In this document: positions 30,426 through 39,579 of the stretch, one piece after another | How the letters are laid out: each line of letters opens with the position of its first letter | How positions within the stretch are numbered: the stretch's first letter is position 1 | Assembly: GCA_037129835.1 (NCBI GenBank) | Contig: JBAXUE010000006.1 | Span: 6,157 to 70,156 of the forward strand | Source: a bacterium | GTDB taxonomy: Bacteria > Patescibacteriota > CPR2 > UBA1875 > CAIMLA01 | Direction: 5' to 3' | Length of the DNA stretch: 64,000 nt | The notes under the pieces: model-generated | Database searches by the model: none | What the model saw: only the letters and a program-made list of their open reading frames with translations | Told to the model about the DNA's origin: nothing | Program-made: the position numbers and the translations under genes

Positions 30426-32258
30426 ATGAAAAAAACACTGGCAAAAAATTTTACACCTGTAAAAGCGGCGCATCATACGCCTCCTTATAGAATCCATAGA
30501 TACTTTGCAAGAAGGCCTTGGAATCTCTTTAGAGAACTAATTGAGAGCCTAACCAACGAGGGGCAAACGGTTCTCGATCCATTTTGTGGCGGGGGAGTAA
30601 CTGTTTACGAGGGAGTCACATCTAATAGAAAGGTGATCGCATCCGATTTAAACCCACTTTCTGTTTTTATAGTAAAAAATATGTTCCACAAAAAAATGAC
30701 TGAATTAATACGTATGGATTATGAGCGTATAATATCTAAACTTGAGCCAATTGTAGCTGAAACATTCGCAACAAATTGCCCCCACTGTGGGACAAAGGAT
30801 ATGGCCGGTTGGTATGAGCTAGTTCATACCTGCAATTGTGATCTTTGCGGTTCTGAAATAATCCTGAGCGATGAAAATAAGATTCGTAATGGTTTGTATA
30901 AATGTCAAAATTCTAAATGCACCTCACCGGGCGTGATTGTTGCGCGACAACCAAGACAAAAACCGATATATCTAAGTCTCAGTGGGCGATGCACAACTTG
31001 TAAGAAGGCGTATTCAATCCCTATGGATGAAAAGCTCGCCGCAAAGAATCTTAGGGGCATAAAAAAACTTCAGACAATCGTTAAAGATCAGGGTATAAAA
31101 GTTCTTTCTGAAACCATACCGCTGGATTGGGATAGGCAAAAGGAGGACCTCCTTGAAGCAAAAGGGTTCATGGGATTTGAAGACTTGTTTACTAAAAAGA
31201 ATCTGCTCATAAATAGTATCTTGCTCGATTTTATTAAGAATAATCACAGCGATAAGGAGTCATACGAAATATTGCGCTTCATTTTTAGCGACTCATTAAG
31301 AGATACAAATATTATGTCTTTCACTAATAAAAATTGGCAAAATGGTGCACCAACTACATGGGCAAAGCATGCTTACTGGATTCCTCCACAATTTTGCGAA
31401 GTCAACCCATTGAAGGCGATTCAGAGATCCTTTGGATCAATGAAGAAAACGATAGACTTTAACTCTGAATCTGGCTATGAGATGAAGTTAGCATCCCAAT
31501 ACTCTGATTTAAAAAAGAGTAGCAACCTGCTTATCAAGAGAGGTGTTGTAAGAGACCTTAATCTCCCAGCAGGTTCGATAGATATAGTAATAACAGACCC
31601 ACCCTATGGAAGCAATGTCCAGTATCTAGAACTTTCACACTTCTGGCATATGTGGAACCAAGACCTATATGAGGGAGGTTCATTAGATTTCTCAGAAGAA
31701 GCCATTGTGAATAGAAAGCAAAATTTTCTCAAAGCTAAGGGATATAAAGATTATGAAGATAACCTATTCTCTGTGTTTTCAGAGTGTCAAAGAGTTCTTA
31801 AAAAAGATGGTTTAATGGTAATGACTTTCAATAATAAGGATTTAAGAGCCTGGATAGCTTTACTGATTAGTATCTTTAGATCCGGCTTTCACTTTGAAGC
31901 AGATGGGATCACTTTCCAGGATGGCGTTGCCAACTATAAGCAAACTGCCCATACAAAAGCCAAGGGCTCCCCATATGGCGATTTTGTTTACCAGTTTGTT
32001 AATAAGAGTCATCCGAATAAGGACAATATAACTGCAAAAGGAAGAGAAGAACTCGTGATATATATTAGGGAACGAATTAATAATGCAGTGGCAAAATATC
32101 AAGCAGCGTCAGTAGATAGAAATGTTATTTTGATAGAGCTTTTTAACGAGATTGTGCCAGAGATAGAGGTTTTTGTTAAATTATCTAGCCAGGATGAGGT
32201 AGTGAATGATCTTTACGAAGCATTTTGTAGTGGTCACCTGGAGTTGCTATATGCCTGA
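30426..32258 (+). CDS. DNA methyltransferase (N6-adenine/N4-cytosine type, alpha-like motif order X-I…TRD…IV) with an internal Cys-rich zinc-ribbon segment
   Basis: Motif X HRYFARRPWNLFRELIE, motif I VLDPFCGGGVT, a Cys-rich insert (CPHCG…CNCDLCG…C..C), and motif IV ITDPPYGSN. Confidence 0.85.
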   Translation: MKKTLAKNFTPVKAAHHTPPYRIHRYFARRPWNLFRELIESLTNEGQTVLDPFCGGGVTVYEGVTSNRKVIASDLNPLSVFIVKNMFHKKMTELIRMDYERIISKLEPIVAETFATNCPHCGTKDMAGWYELVHTCNCDLCGSEIILSDENKIRNGLYKCQNSKCTSPGVIVARQPRQKPIYLSLSGRCTTCKKAYSIPMDEKLAAKNLRGIKKLQTIVKDQGIKVLSETIPLDWDRQKEDLLEAKGFMGFEDLFTKKNLLINSILLDFIKNNHSDKESYEILRFIFSDSLRDTNIMSFTNKNWQNGAPTTWAKHAYWIPPQFCEVNPLKAIQRSFGSMKKTIDFNSESGYEMKLASQYSDLKKSSNLLIKRGVVRDLNLPAGSIDIVITDPPYGSNVQYLELSHFWHMWNQDLYEGGSLDFSEEAIVNRKQNFLKAKGYKDYEDNLFSVFSECQRVLKKDGLMVMTFNNKDLRAWIALLISIFRSGFHFEADGITFQDGVANYKQTAHTKAKGSPYGDFVYQFVNKSHPNKDNITAKGREELVIYIRERINNAVAKYQAASVDRNVILIELFNEIVPEIEVFVKLSSQDEVVNDLYEAFCSGHLELLYA

Positions 32259-33594
32259 AGCCAAGCCTATACGAAAGAGTGAAGAGAAAAAGGTCTTATT
32301 GCCAGAGGAAAATAAGACCCTTTTTTGCGAATACGAATCTGTGATTAAGAGCCTAGAAGGTAAATTCAACCCCGTTTGGGACGATGAGTTCACTGATCTG
32401 GTCAACTTCAAAAAAAATAAGAGTCTCCCAATACATCGATGGTTTGACTATAAAGAAGGTTACTCTGAAGATCTTGTTAATAAACTACTTGATTATGCGA
32501 AAGTAAAAAAAGGGGCATTGGTTTTAGATCCTTTTGTAGGTGTTGGGACCACACTGGTGGTGGCGCAAAGCCGAGGATTAAAGTCAATCGGTCTTGATAT
32601 TAATCCGGTTGCTTCATTTGCCTCTAAAGTTAAAACCGCAGTTTATTCTGACAAAGAAATAGTTGAGTTAAAGAAAACACTTAATAATATTAATAACCAC
32701 CTAATAAGGACAAAAAACATTCCAAAGTTTAGTAGGTTGGAATCAATTTTTACCAAAAAACAACTCGAGCAGATACTATCGATTAAGGGCTTCTATGAGA
32801 GTATTCCTAGTGAAAAGATTGCAGGCATATTTAAACTGGCCTACCTATCAATTATTGAAGATGTCTCAAATAGGGTCAAGGACGGTAATGGTATTAAAAT
32901 CTCTAAAACTAAAACTCAGATTGAGGATGTTATTGGCAGGTATACCTTAAAAGTAAAGAGTATGATTGAGGATATTGAGGGCAATAATTGCAAAGGAGAA
33001 TCAATTGTCATCCATGGCTCTATTCTGGAAGACTCTGTTTTTAAGAAAATTAGTAACGAAAAGGTTAGCACAACGATATTCTCACCGCCTTATGCCAACT
33101 GTTTTGACTATTGTGAAGTATACAAAATGGAGATTTGGTTAGGCGATTTCGTAAAAGAGTATTCAGATTTTACTAAATACAGAGAGAAGGCGATAAGATC
33201 ACATGTAAATTCTAAATTTTCTCATGATTTGATGCGAACTAATCAGGAAATTAGAGTGATCTCAGAATTAATCGGAACATATAACCTGTGGAATAAAAAA
33301 ATACCAATGATGTTGCGTGGATACTTTGATGACATGGAAGAAACTCTTAGCAGAATTTCCTCCATGAGCCTCCCGGGAGCAACCTGTTCTATCGTTGTCG
33401 CAAACTCAGTTTATAAGGGTGTTGTAGTCCCTACAGATCTACTGTTGGCAGACATAGCTGAACATCATGGTTTTAAAGTAGATAAAATTATTGTAGCAAG
33501 ACGAATAAGATCTTCTTCTCAGCAGATGACAGAAGTGGGTAAAAATAGTAAGCTTATGAGAGAAAGCATTATTATACTGAGGAAAAATGATTAA
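32251..33594 (+). CDS. Second DNA methyltransferase of the same family (SPPY motif IV)
   Basis: Motif X IHRWFDYKEGYSEDLV, motif I VLDPFVGVGTT, motif IV FSPPYANCFDYCE. The ATG at 32251 overlaps the upstream stop (ATGCCTGA), so the two genes are translationally coupled. The six-frame ORF starts at 32206. Confidence 0.85.
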   Translation: MPEAKPIRKSEEKKVLLPEENKTLFCEYESVIKSLEGKFNPVWDDEFTDLVNFKKNKSLPIHRWFDYKEGYSEDLVNKLLDYAKVKKGALVLDPFVGVGTTLVVAQSRGLKSIGLDINPVASFASKVKTAVYSDKEIVELKKTLNNINNHLIRTKNIPKFSRLESIFTKKQLEQILSIKGFYESIPSEKIAGIFKLAYLSIIEDVSNRVKDGNGIKISKTKTQIEDVIGRYTLKVKSMIEDIEGNNCKGESIVIHGSILEDSVFKKISNEKVSTTIFSPPYANCFDYCEVYKMEIWLGDFVKEYSDFTKYREKAIRSHVNSKFSHDLMRTNQEIRVISELIGTYNLWNKKIPMMLRGYFDDMEETLSRISSMSLPGATCSIVVANSVYKGVVVPTDLLLADIAEHHGFKVDKIIVARRIRSSSQQMTEVGKNSKLMRESIIILRKND

Positions 33595-36328
33595 GCTAGA
33601 CGCGATTTTTTCAAATAAAATCTCTGAATGGAAAGAGCTTGAAGCCTTCCTAGAAAAAATTGAGGACAATGTTACGAAGGGCGAAATCTTTGAGCAATTT
33701 GTCTATTTATATTTGTATCTTAAAAAGGATTATTACCAAATAAAAGATCTTTACAGAAGAAAAGACATCCCGTCAGACTTAGTGGCCAAACTTAAGCTTG
33801 AGAAGAGCGACTACGGCGTAGACGGAGCGTTTGTAATGGAAGACAATTCGATAGTAGCCTATCAGGTCAAATTTAGATCCAACAGGGTTCCGCCCACCAT
33901 CTCCGAGCTCGCGACCTTTTGGACAGAGGCTGAATACGCTGATCTGAGGTATGTAATAGCAAACTGCGTTAACCTGCCAAGGCCGGCTAATAAAAAAATT
34001 GAGAGCTATCAAATTCTCGTGGATATTTTTGACGACTTAGAAGACAAATTTTGGGATGACCTTCACTCACTTGTTATAGGATCAAAGATAGAAAAAATTG
34101 AGTTGGTCCCAGATGCTCATCAAAAAAGAATAATATCAAATACAGTTAAGGGTTTTAGGGAGAACGACCGTGGCAAAATAATTGCAGCTTGTGGGACGGG
34201 AAAAACCCTTACCTCTCTTTGGATAACCGAAGAACTAGAGACAAAGAAGATTCTCTTTTTAGCCCCTAGCCTGGGTCTTATAAAACAGACTCTTGAATCT
34301 TGGACAAGTAATACCAAGAACAAGTTCAACTACATTTGTGTTTGTAGTGACCAAACTGTGGTCTCTGACCAGGAGATTGATACGAGTGATATAGCCATCA
34401 GCGAAGTTGACTTCCCTGTCACTACAGACAAAGACAATATACTAACATTCCTATCACAGCCATATGACAAAAAAATTATATTTTCCACATATAACTCTTC
34501 AAGTATAATCGCCGATGCAATAGAGGGTTCAGACTTCGAATTTGATCTTGTTATCTTTGATGAGGCCCATAGAACCGCCGGTCAAGGTGATTCTGAGATG
34601 TTTTCTTTAGCGCTACACAATGAGCGAATTAACTCTGCAAAAAGGCTCTTTATGACGGCCACCGAAAGACTTGTTCGCCCTTGGATATTAGAGAAGGCAA
34701 AACAGGCTGATCGAACCATATTTTCAATGGATGATGAAAATACATACGGCCCTATTTTTGACAGGTATACATTCGGGGAAGCTATCAAGGACGGCGTAAT
34801 AAGTGACTACAAAATTATTCTTACCGCTATCGATACAACCGAAGTTCTAGAGTGGATTGAAAATAATCAACTCTTAGTTACGGAAGAAAAAGGAACTGAG
34901 GTAACCCTAGCAGCGGACAATATTTTTAAACAGATGGTCCTGGCGAAAGCCATAAAAGAGTTCTCGTTGGCAAAGATTATTACTTTTCACTCTTCCATCA
35001 AGAGGGCCCGATCCTTTGCATTTGGGTCTAATAATGAATCTGTCAGTCTAAAGGATATTCTTGATTTAGCTTCCGTCTCTTTTGAGACTGAAAAAGTTTT
35101 TATTGATAGCGTTGACGGTAGTATGCCGGCTGGTATGAGGAAGCAAAAATTAAGAGATTTTGAAAACGCTGAATTCTCAATAATTACAAATTCTAAATGT
35201 CTTACAGAGGGAATTGATGTTCCAGTGATTGATAGTGTGTATTTTGTTGACCCAAAAAACTCGCTTATTGATATTGTCCAAGCTTGTGGCAGAGCTCTAA
35301 GAAAGCCCAGAAACAAGAAGATAGAGAAAACGGCCTATTTTATTGTTCCGCTACTAATTAATCACGAAGACGGTCCCGAAAATAAATATGAGACCCTAAT
35401 GAACTTAATACAGGCGCTTAAGGGACAGGATGAAAGACTTGCTGATTGGATCGACAAGCTGAACATGAGTGTGGCCAGAGGTGGAAAGGGTCCTGAGGTT
35501 GATCCTCCAATAGGTATTTCCCTACCAGAGAAGGTAGATTTAAAGAAGTTCATGCATGATATCCATTTACAGATTGCAGAATCTAGCTATGGCCCTCGCC
35601 AGAGTATTCTTAAAAAAGGGCACAGCAGGAGAAGTGATGCGGATAGCTTTTTTAAGCCGCTAGGAGACATGACATATGAGAACTTCAAGACCAATGTGGC
35701 AGATGTCACTTTGGCTAAATTCAACTCATTGGAAGAGGTAAGGTCATCTAACGAAATCTATATTAACCATAACAACATATCTCATACTAAAAGACTTGGG
35801 CTTATTGAAGAGGCCGACTCCCGAAAGTTTAAATTGACACCCCTAGGTGTTGATTACAAGGAAGGGAAGGCACGATTTGAGGAATTGTTTAGGAGTGCAA
35901 TGTTAAATTATAATTCCTATTCTGCCGAGAATCTTAATCCGTATAAAGCCTTCCTAAACATCCTGGTAGAAACAGGAAAGTTAAACTATATAGAATTTTT
36001 GTATGCTGTTTACCGCATGCCTGATCTCGGTCCTGATTCATACGCTGAAACCTTTGAAATTATTGAAAGTTTAAGGTCCGACTATCCAAATTTAAATCTG
36101 TTATCTAATAGCAACAGAGAGAAAATCTTATCAGAATTAAATGAAAGGTATTCTCTAAACTATAGTTACGTTGAAGTCTGGGGAAGCACCACAGCAAAAA
36201 ATAAATATATGTATTTCCGAAACCACTTGGCCGTATTTGATCAACTCGAGTCAAACAATCAAGAAATATATGTTATTGATAACATGAAACAGGAGCTTAT
36301 AGATTTACTAGAGATTAACTTTTCATGA
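33587..36328 (+). CDS. Mrr-cat (PD-(D/E)xK-like) restriction-nuclease domain fused to an SF2 DEAH helicase, with a ~300-aa C-terminal domain of unknown function
   Basis: N-terminal DYGVDGAFVMEDNSIVAYQVKF is Mrr-cat-like (D…QxK). Walker A AACGTGKT, DEAH box LVIFDEAHR, and helicase motif VI VQACGRALRKPR. The start overlaps the MTase-2 stop (ATGATTAA). Confidence 0.8.
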   Translation: MIKLDAIFSNKISEWKELEAFLEKIEDNVTKGEIFEQFVYLYLYLKKDYYQIKDLYRRKDIPSDLVAKLKLEKSDYGVDGAFVMEDNSIVAYQVKFRSNRVPPTISELATFWTEAEYADLRYVIANCVNLPRPANKKIESYQILVDIFDDLEDKFWDDLHSLVIGSKIEKIELVPDAHQKRIISNTVKGFRENDRGKIIAACGTGKTLTSLWITEELETKKILFLAPSLGLIKQTLESWTSNTKNKFNYICVCSDQTVVSDQEIDTSDIAISEVDFPVTTDKDNILTFLSQPYDKKIIFSTYNSSSIIADAIEGSDFEFDLVIFDEAHRTAGQGDSEMFSLALHNERINSAKRLFMTATERLVRPWILEKAKQADRTIFSMDDENTYGPIFDRYTFGEAIKDGVISDYKIILTAIDTTEVLEWIENNQLLVTEEKGTEVTLAADNIFKQMVLAKAIKEFSLAKIITFHSSIKRARSFAFGSNNESVSLKDILDLASVSFETEKVFIDSVDGSMPAGMRKQKLRDFENAEFSIITNSKCLTEGIDVPVIDSVYFVDPKNSLIDIVQACGRALRKPRNKKIEKTAYFIVPLLINHEDGPENKYETLMNLIQALKGQDERLADWIDKLNMSVARGGKGPEVDPPIGISLPEKVDLKKFMHDIHLQIAESSYGPRQSILKKGHSRRSDADSFFKPLGDMTYENFKTNVADVTLAKFNSLEEVRSSNEIYINHNNISHTKRLGLIEEADSRKFKLTPLGVDYKEGKARFEELFRSAMLNYNSYSAENLNPYKAFLNILVETGKLNYIEFLYAVYRMPDLGPDSYAETFEIIESLRSDYPNLNLLSNSNREKILSELNERYSLNYSYVEVWGSTTAKNKYMYFRNHLAVFDQLESNNQEIYVIDNMKQELIDLLEINFS

Positions 36329-36414
36329 TGAATAATGAAAAGTAGGCGTGGGGTGTATACTTCTCTAAAAATATTTTGCGAATAAGACAGTTGGATTCTA
36401 TGTGACACGCGAGG

Positions 36415-36810
36415 CTATTTTGCCTCCCCCTGGGTGGGGTGTGGGTATCCGTCCTCTATGCCGTTTATGATTGATTTCATCTTCTTACCCACTATTTTCT
36501 CTATATTTTCATAGTAGACGTTCTTGTCGTGTTCATAGTCATACTCTTCATCTATAAATGTCTTTGCTTCCAGTCGCTTCGCCTTGGGGACGTAAGCTAG
36601 CAATTTCTCTGCATTCTCTTTATCTACCCTTATCACTTCTCTGAGTGTCTTGACACTTACCCAGATGAGGCTAAATACATCTCGTTCAGCAATCTTGGCA
36701 ACTGTTTCACCAAACTTCTTGCTTATACTCTTAGTCCCCGCCTGGTAGCCAACCGCCAGTGCTAGTATCGGTAGACCAAAAAACAATAGAAAGTCTCTAT
36801 ACATTTTCAC
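36415..36810 (-). CDS. Hypothetical membrane-anchored protein
   Basis: 131 aa with an N-terminal TM helix. Confidence 0.4.
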   Translation of the reverse strand: MKMYRDFLLFFGLPILALAVGYQAGTKSISKKFGETVAKIAERDVFSLIWVSVKTLREVIRVDKENAEKLLAYVPKAKRLEAKTFIDEEYDYEHDKNVYYENIEKIVGKKMKSIINGIEDGYPHPTQGEAK

Positions 36811-36834
36811 TCCCTTCTTATTATTTAGTAGTTC

Positions 36835-37485
36835 TTATAACCACTTTTCGCAACCTGTTGGGACAAGGTCCCTACCTGCGATCAGAAGCATCTCCATCAT
36901 ATCGTGTTGCTGTTTCGCCCCTGCTAGTGACTGGTTCATCAAGGCAGTTCTCTGTGCTATCGACATCCCGGAATAAGCAGGATTATTTGGATCCATTGCC
37001 GCATTGCGAATACTGATAATTTGATTTTGGTAGCTGTTTTCTTCTGCTACGACTTGTGGCTGATATTTATTATAACCTGTCTGCATTAGCCCGAGACAAA
37101 ATTGCTTCATTTCGGCTGCATAGGCTGCATTTGCGTCGACTGTTGGTGTGCTGGGTGCAGCTGGCGCCTGAGTATTTACCCCTGAGGCTGGTTTATAAGT
37201 TGTGTCATAAGGAGTTGTTTCTGTGGGAGTCGTGGCTTGGGGCGTCTCTGCTTTAACTTCTTCAGTCTTTGGAGTTTCTACGGTTCCTGTTTTCTTTACC
37301 TCGCCTTTTACCTCACTTTGACCAGTGCCTTTATCTGTGGGCTTATGACTGTCTTGATAGTATTTATATCCAAAGACCCCAGTTGCAGCAAAAACGACTA
37401 TCGTTAGTGCTATCGCAAATGGGAGTAGCTTCTTTGCTTTCTTTTTATCAAGTCCCTGCCAAATCTTCTTAGGATTTAGTTTCAT
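36835..37485 (-). CDS. Hypothetical secreted protein with a Thr/Pro-rich linker
   Basis: N-terminal TM helix, a T/P-rich low-complexity stretch, and a C-terminal helical domain. Confidence 0.45.
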   Translation of the reverse strand: MKLNPKKIWQGLDKKKAKKLLPFAIALTIVVFAATGVFGYKYYQDSHKPTDKGTGQSEVKGEVKKTGTVETPKTEEVKAETPQATTPTETTPYDTTYKPASGVNTQAPAAPSTPTVDANAAYAAEMKQFCLGLMQTGYNKYQPQVVAEENSYQNQIISIRNAAMDPNNPAYSGMSIAQRTALMNQSLAGAKQQHDMMEMLLIAGRDLVPTGCEKWL

Positions 37486-37558
37486 AAAACCCTTTCGTTA
37501 GGCTGTTTATACCACAAATAGACCAAAATATCAATCCCTTTTATTCTTAATTGTATAA

Positions 37559-37942
37559 TTATTTGTTTGACCGTGTTACGACAGTTTTCAAATCCTTATC
37601 GCAGGCATAGCGCAGCGAAATTTCTGATTCTTTAAGAAACTCTTCCTTGCTATATGTCGTGAATATATTATCTATTTTATTCATAGCTTGCTTGTGGGCC
37701 TTTTTGTCTTTTATATCTTCATTCACTATACCTTCTATGCAGGCTCGGACATATTGAATCCTTTTCTCATATTTATCGGAGGAGTAACTGACAGCCTGGA
37801 GGATGCGATTCTTTGCATCAGCATTTTTGGCTATAGCTATCTTTGTTTTAAGTTTCTGGTCAAATCTCCACCTAGCAATCATATAGCCCGCAACTAACCC
37901 TATCGCCAAGGCGATTGATAAAAACGCAATCTCGGTATACAT
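37559..37942 (-). CDS. Hypothetical membrane-anchored protein
   Basis: 127 aa with an N-terminal TM helix. Confidence 0.4.
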   Translation of the reverse strand: MYTEIAFLSIALAIGLVAGYMIARWRFDQKLKTKIAIAKNADAKNRILQAVSYSSDKYEKRIQYVRACIEGIVNEDIKDKKAHKQAMNKIDNIFTTYSKEEFLKESEISLRYACDKDLKTVVTRSNK

Positions 37943-37969
37943 AAGGCTCCTTTCTCTGTGGGCTAAATT

Positions 37970-38248
37970 TTAGTCCCACATCCCTTCATCTTCGTATTTG
38001 TTACTCTTAAAGCATTTAGGACAGGTCTTATAATCCCACCTCACTAGCTTGTGGTCTCCGCAATCAGGACAGATGGGGCAATCGCCAGGCCAACCATCAA
38101 TCTTCGCATCACCTCTTACTATGACGATTTCATTCTTTTTATTGCAGTAATACGGGGTTTGATAGGATAGGCTTATTCCTGACACCCCGCTGAAGAAACC
38201 ATTCCTGTATCCACAATCACCGCACTTATAAGAGATTATCGAGCCCAT
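37970..38248 (-). CDS. Zinc-ribbon protein (hypothetical)
   Basis: CGDCGY…CPICPDCG…CPKC gives four CxxC-type pairs. Confidence 0.45.
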   Translation of the reverse strand: MGSIISYKCGDCGYRNGFFSGVSGISLSYQTPYYCNKKNEIVIVRGDAKIDGWPGDCPICPDCGDHKLVRWDYKTCPKCFKSNKYEDEGMWD

Positions 38249-38570
38249 TTATTGCCTCTCTATAAACGCTATTACTCCTAACAAGACAAGGAAGAAGACA
38301 GCCATTAGGATAAACGTTTTTAATTCCATTTCATTAGCCTATAAAGTTGATAAAACCAGTTTTATTAGCGTAGAACCAGAATAGCATTACTGCGATAGCG
38401 AGAACTGTTGCACCAATACTTGCCCACAAATTTTTCTTCCAGGGTAGAAAATACATAAAAGCTATTAGTGCGATTACTTCTATCAATTGTCTGGCTCCTT
38501 TTGCCCAATCCTAGCATTGCTTTTTGGGTCTGTTAAATATCTTTGAAAATATTCTCATTTCATCAAACGC

Positions 38571-39044
38571 CTATACTATTTGTCCGTAGAATATCACCCA
38601 GCCGACTAATGAACCCAGCCACAATGCCATTACACCGATTCTATATAATTTTCTACCGTTTTTCAGTCCCATTGCTTCAAACAATTCATCTATTGATTCA
38701 TTCGCAGACTTATCTTTTCCGTAGTTTGTATGATTTGTATCTTTCGGTAGCGCATTTATACCAGCGATTAACGAAATTGCTAATGGGACTAAGGGGTCTT
38801 TATGAAATACACTTCCGAGATATGGGAGTGAAAGTCCCAGGAAAAACATAATCGGTATCCATATTTTGAATTGCTTCTTATCCCAAACAAAATAGTTTGA
38901 GGTAAGAGAAATAATGCTTGAGAGAATAAAGACCGCAACTAATACAGCTACTAATCCTATGAAGAATTCCACAAAGGACCCCTTTCTTTTGCCCAATCCT
39001 AGCATAAAATAGCCCAAAATGCAATGTTTAGTGAGTTTCAGCAA
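38571..39044 (-). CDS. Hypothetical multi-TM membrane protein
   Basis: 157 aa with four hydrophobic helices. Confidence 0.45.
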   Translation of the reverse strand: MLKLTKHCILGYFMLGLGKRKGSFVEFFIGLVAVLVAVFILSSIISLTSNYFVWDKKQFKIWIPIMFFLGLSLPYLGSVFHKDPLVPLAISLIAGINALPKDTNHTNYGKDKSANESIDELFEAMGLKNGRKLYRIGVMALWLGSLVGWVIFYGQIV

Positions 39045-39070
39045 ACATAGCGAAGCTAGATAATTAAGCT

Positions 39071-39331
39071 ATGGCAAATGAGTTCGGAGAATTATCTAAA
39101 GAAGAGAAACAGGCCGACAAAAGAGCCTTCGGCAAGAAGATAGGTATTCTTATTAAGGATGCCCGAATCGCCAAGGGAATGACTCAAGATGAAGTAGCTG
39201 ATAAGGCTGGTTTATACAGAACCTATGTAGGATTTATTGAAAAAGGTGCCTACTCACCTAGTGTATATACTGTTCAGAAAATTGCTAAGGCGTTAGATAC
39301 AAAGCTAAGTTCTCTGCTGAAAGACCTCTAG
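39071..39331 (+). CDS. XRE-family helix-turn-helix transcriptional regulator
   Basis: GMTQDEVADKAGLYRTYVGFIEKGAYSPSVYTVQKIAKAL is the classic Cro/C1-type HTH. Confidence 0.8.
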   Translation: MANEFGELSKEEKQADKRAFGKKIGILIKDARIAKGMTQDEVADKAGLYRTYVGFIEKGAYSPSVYTVQKIAKALDTKLSSLLKDL

Positions 39332-39500
39332 GATAATCAAAAAGGGACCTTAAATAGTCCCTTTTTGTTATTATCCTTTCTTTTATAGCTCACTAGCTAG
39401 ACTGAATTGTGTTATATCTTTAGAGCTTAGGCTTCGGACCTGATGATAGTATGCTCGCCAAAGTTTGCTATTTGGAACTAAGGTTCAAGTAGCCAGGAAT

Positions 39501-39556
39501 TTGTTCGAGTATTCTAAGTCAATTAAAAGAAGCATCGTGCTAGATGCTTCTTTTAA
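39501..39556. repeat. Intergenic repeat copy A with a 12-bp-stem hairpin (AAAAGAAGCATC…GATGCTTCTTTT)
   Basis: Shares ~45 of 55 positions with copy B at 43858..43912. The hairpin lies between convergent genes and is a bidirectional terminator candidate. Confidence 0.55.
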
Positions 39557-39579
39557 TTTTTAGCCAAGTATTTAATAAT

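Noticed and set aside
30238-30497. Two minus-strand ORFs upstream of the first methyltransferase
   Set aside because: They overlap the MTase promoter, RBS and start. They are small and Cys/His-rich by composition only. They are more likely non-coding upstream region; the GC-rich 5' flank may be regulatory.
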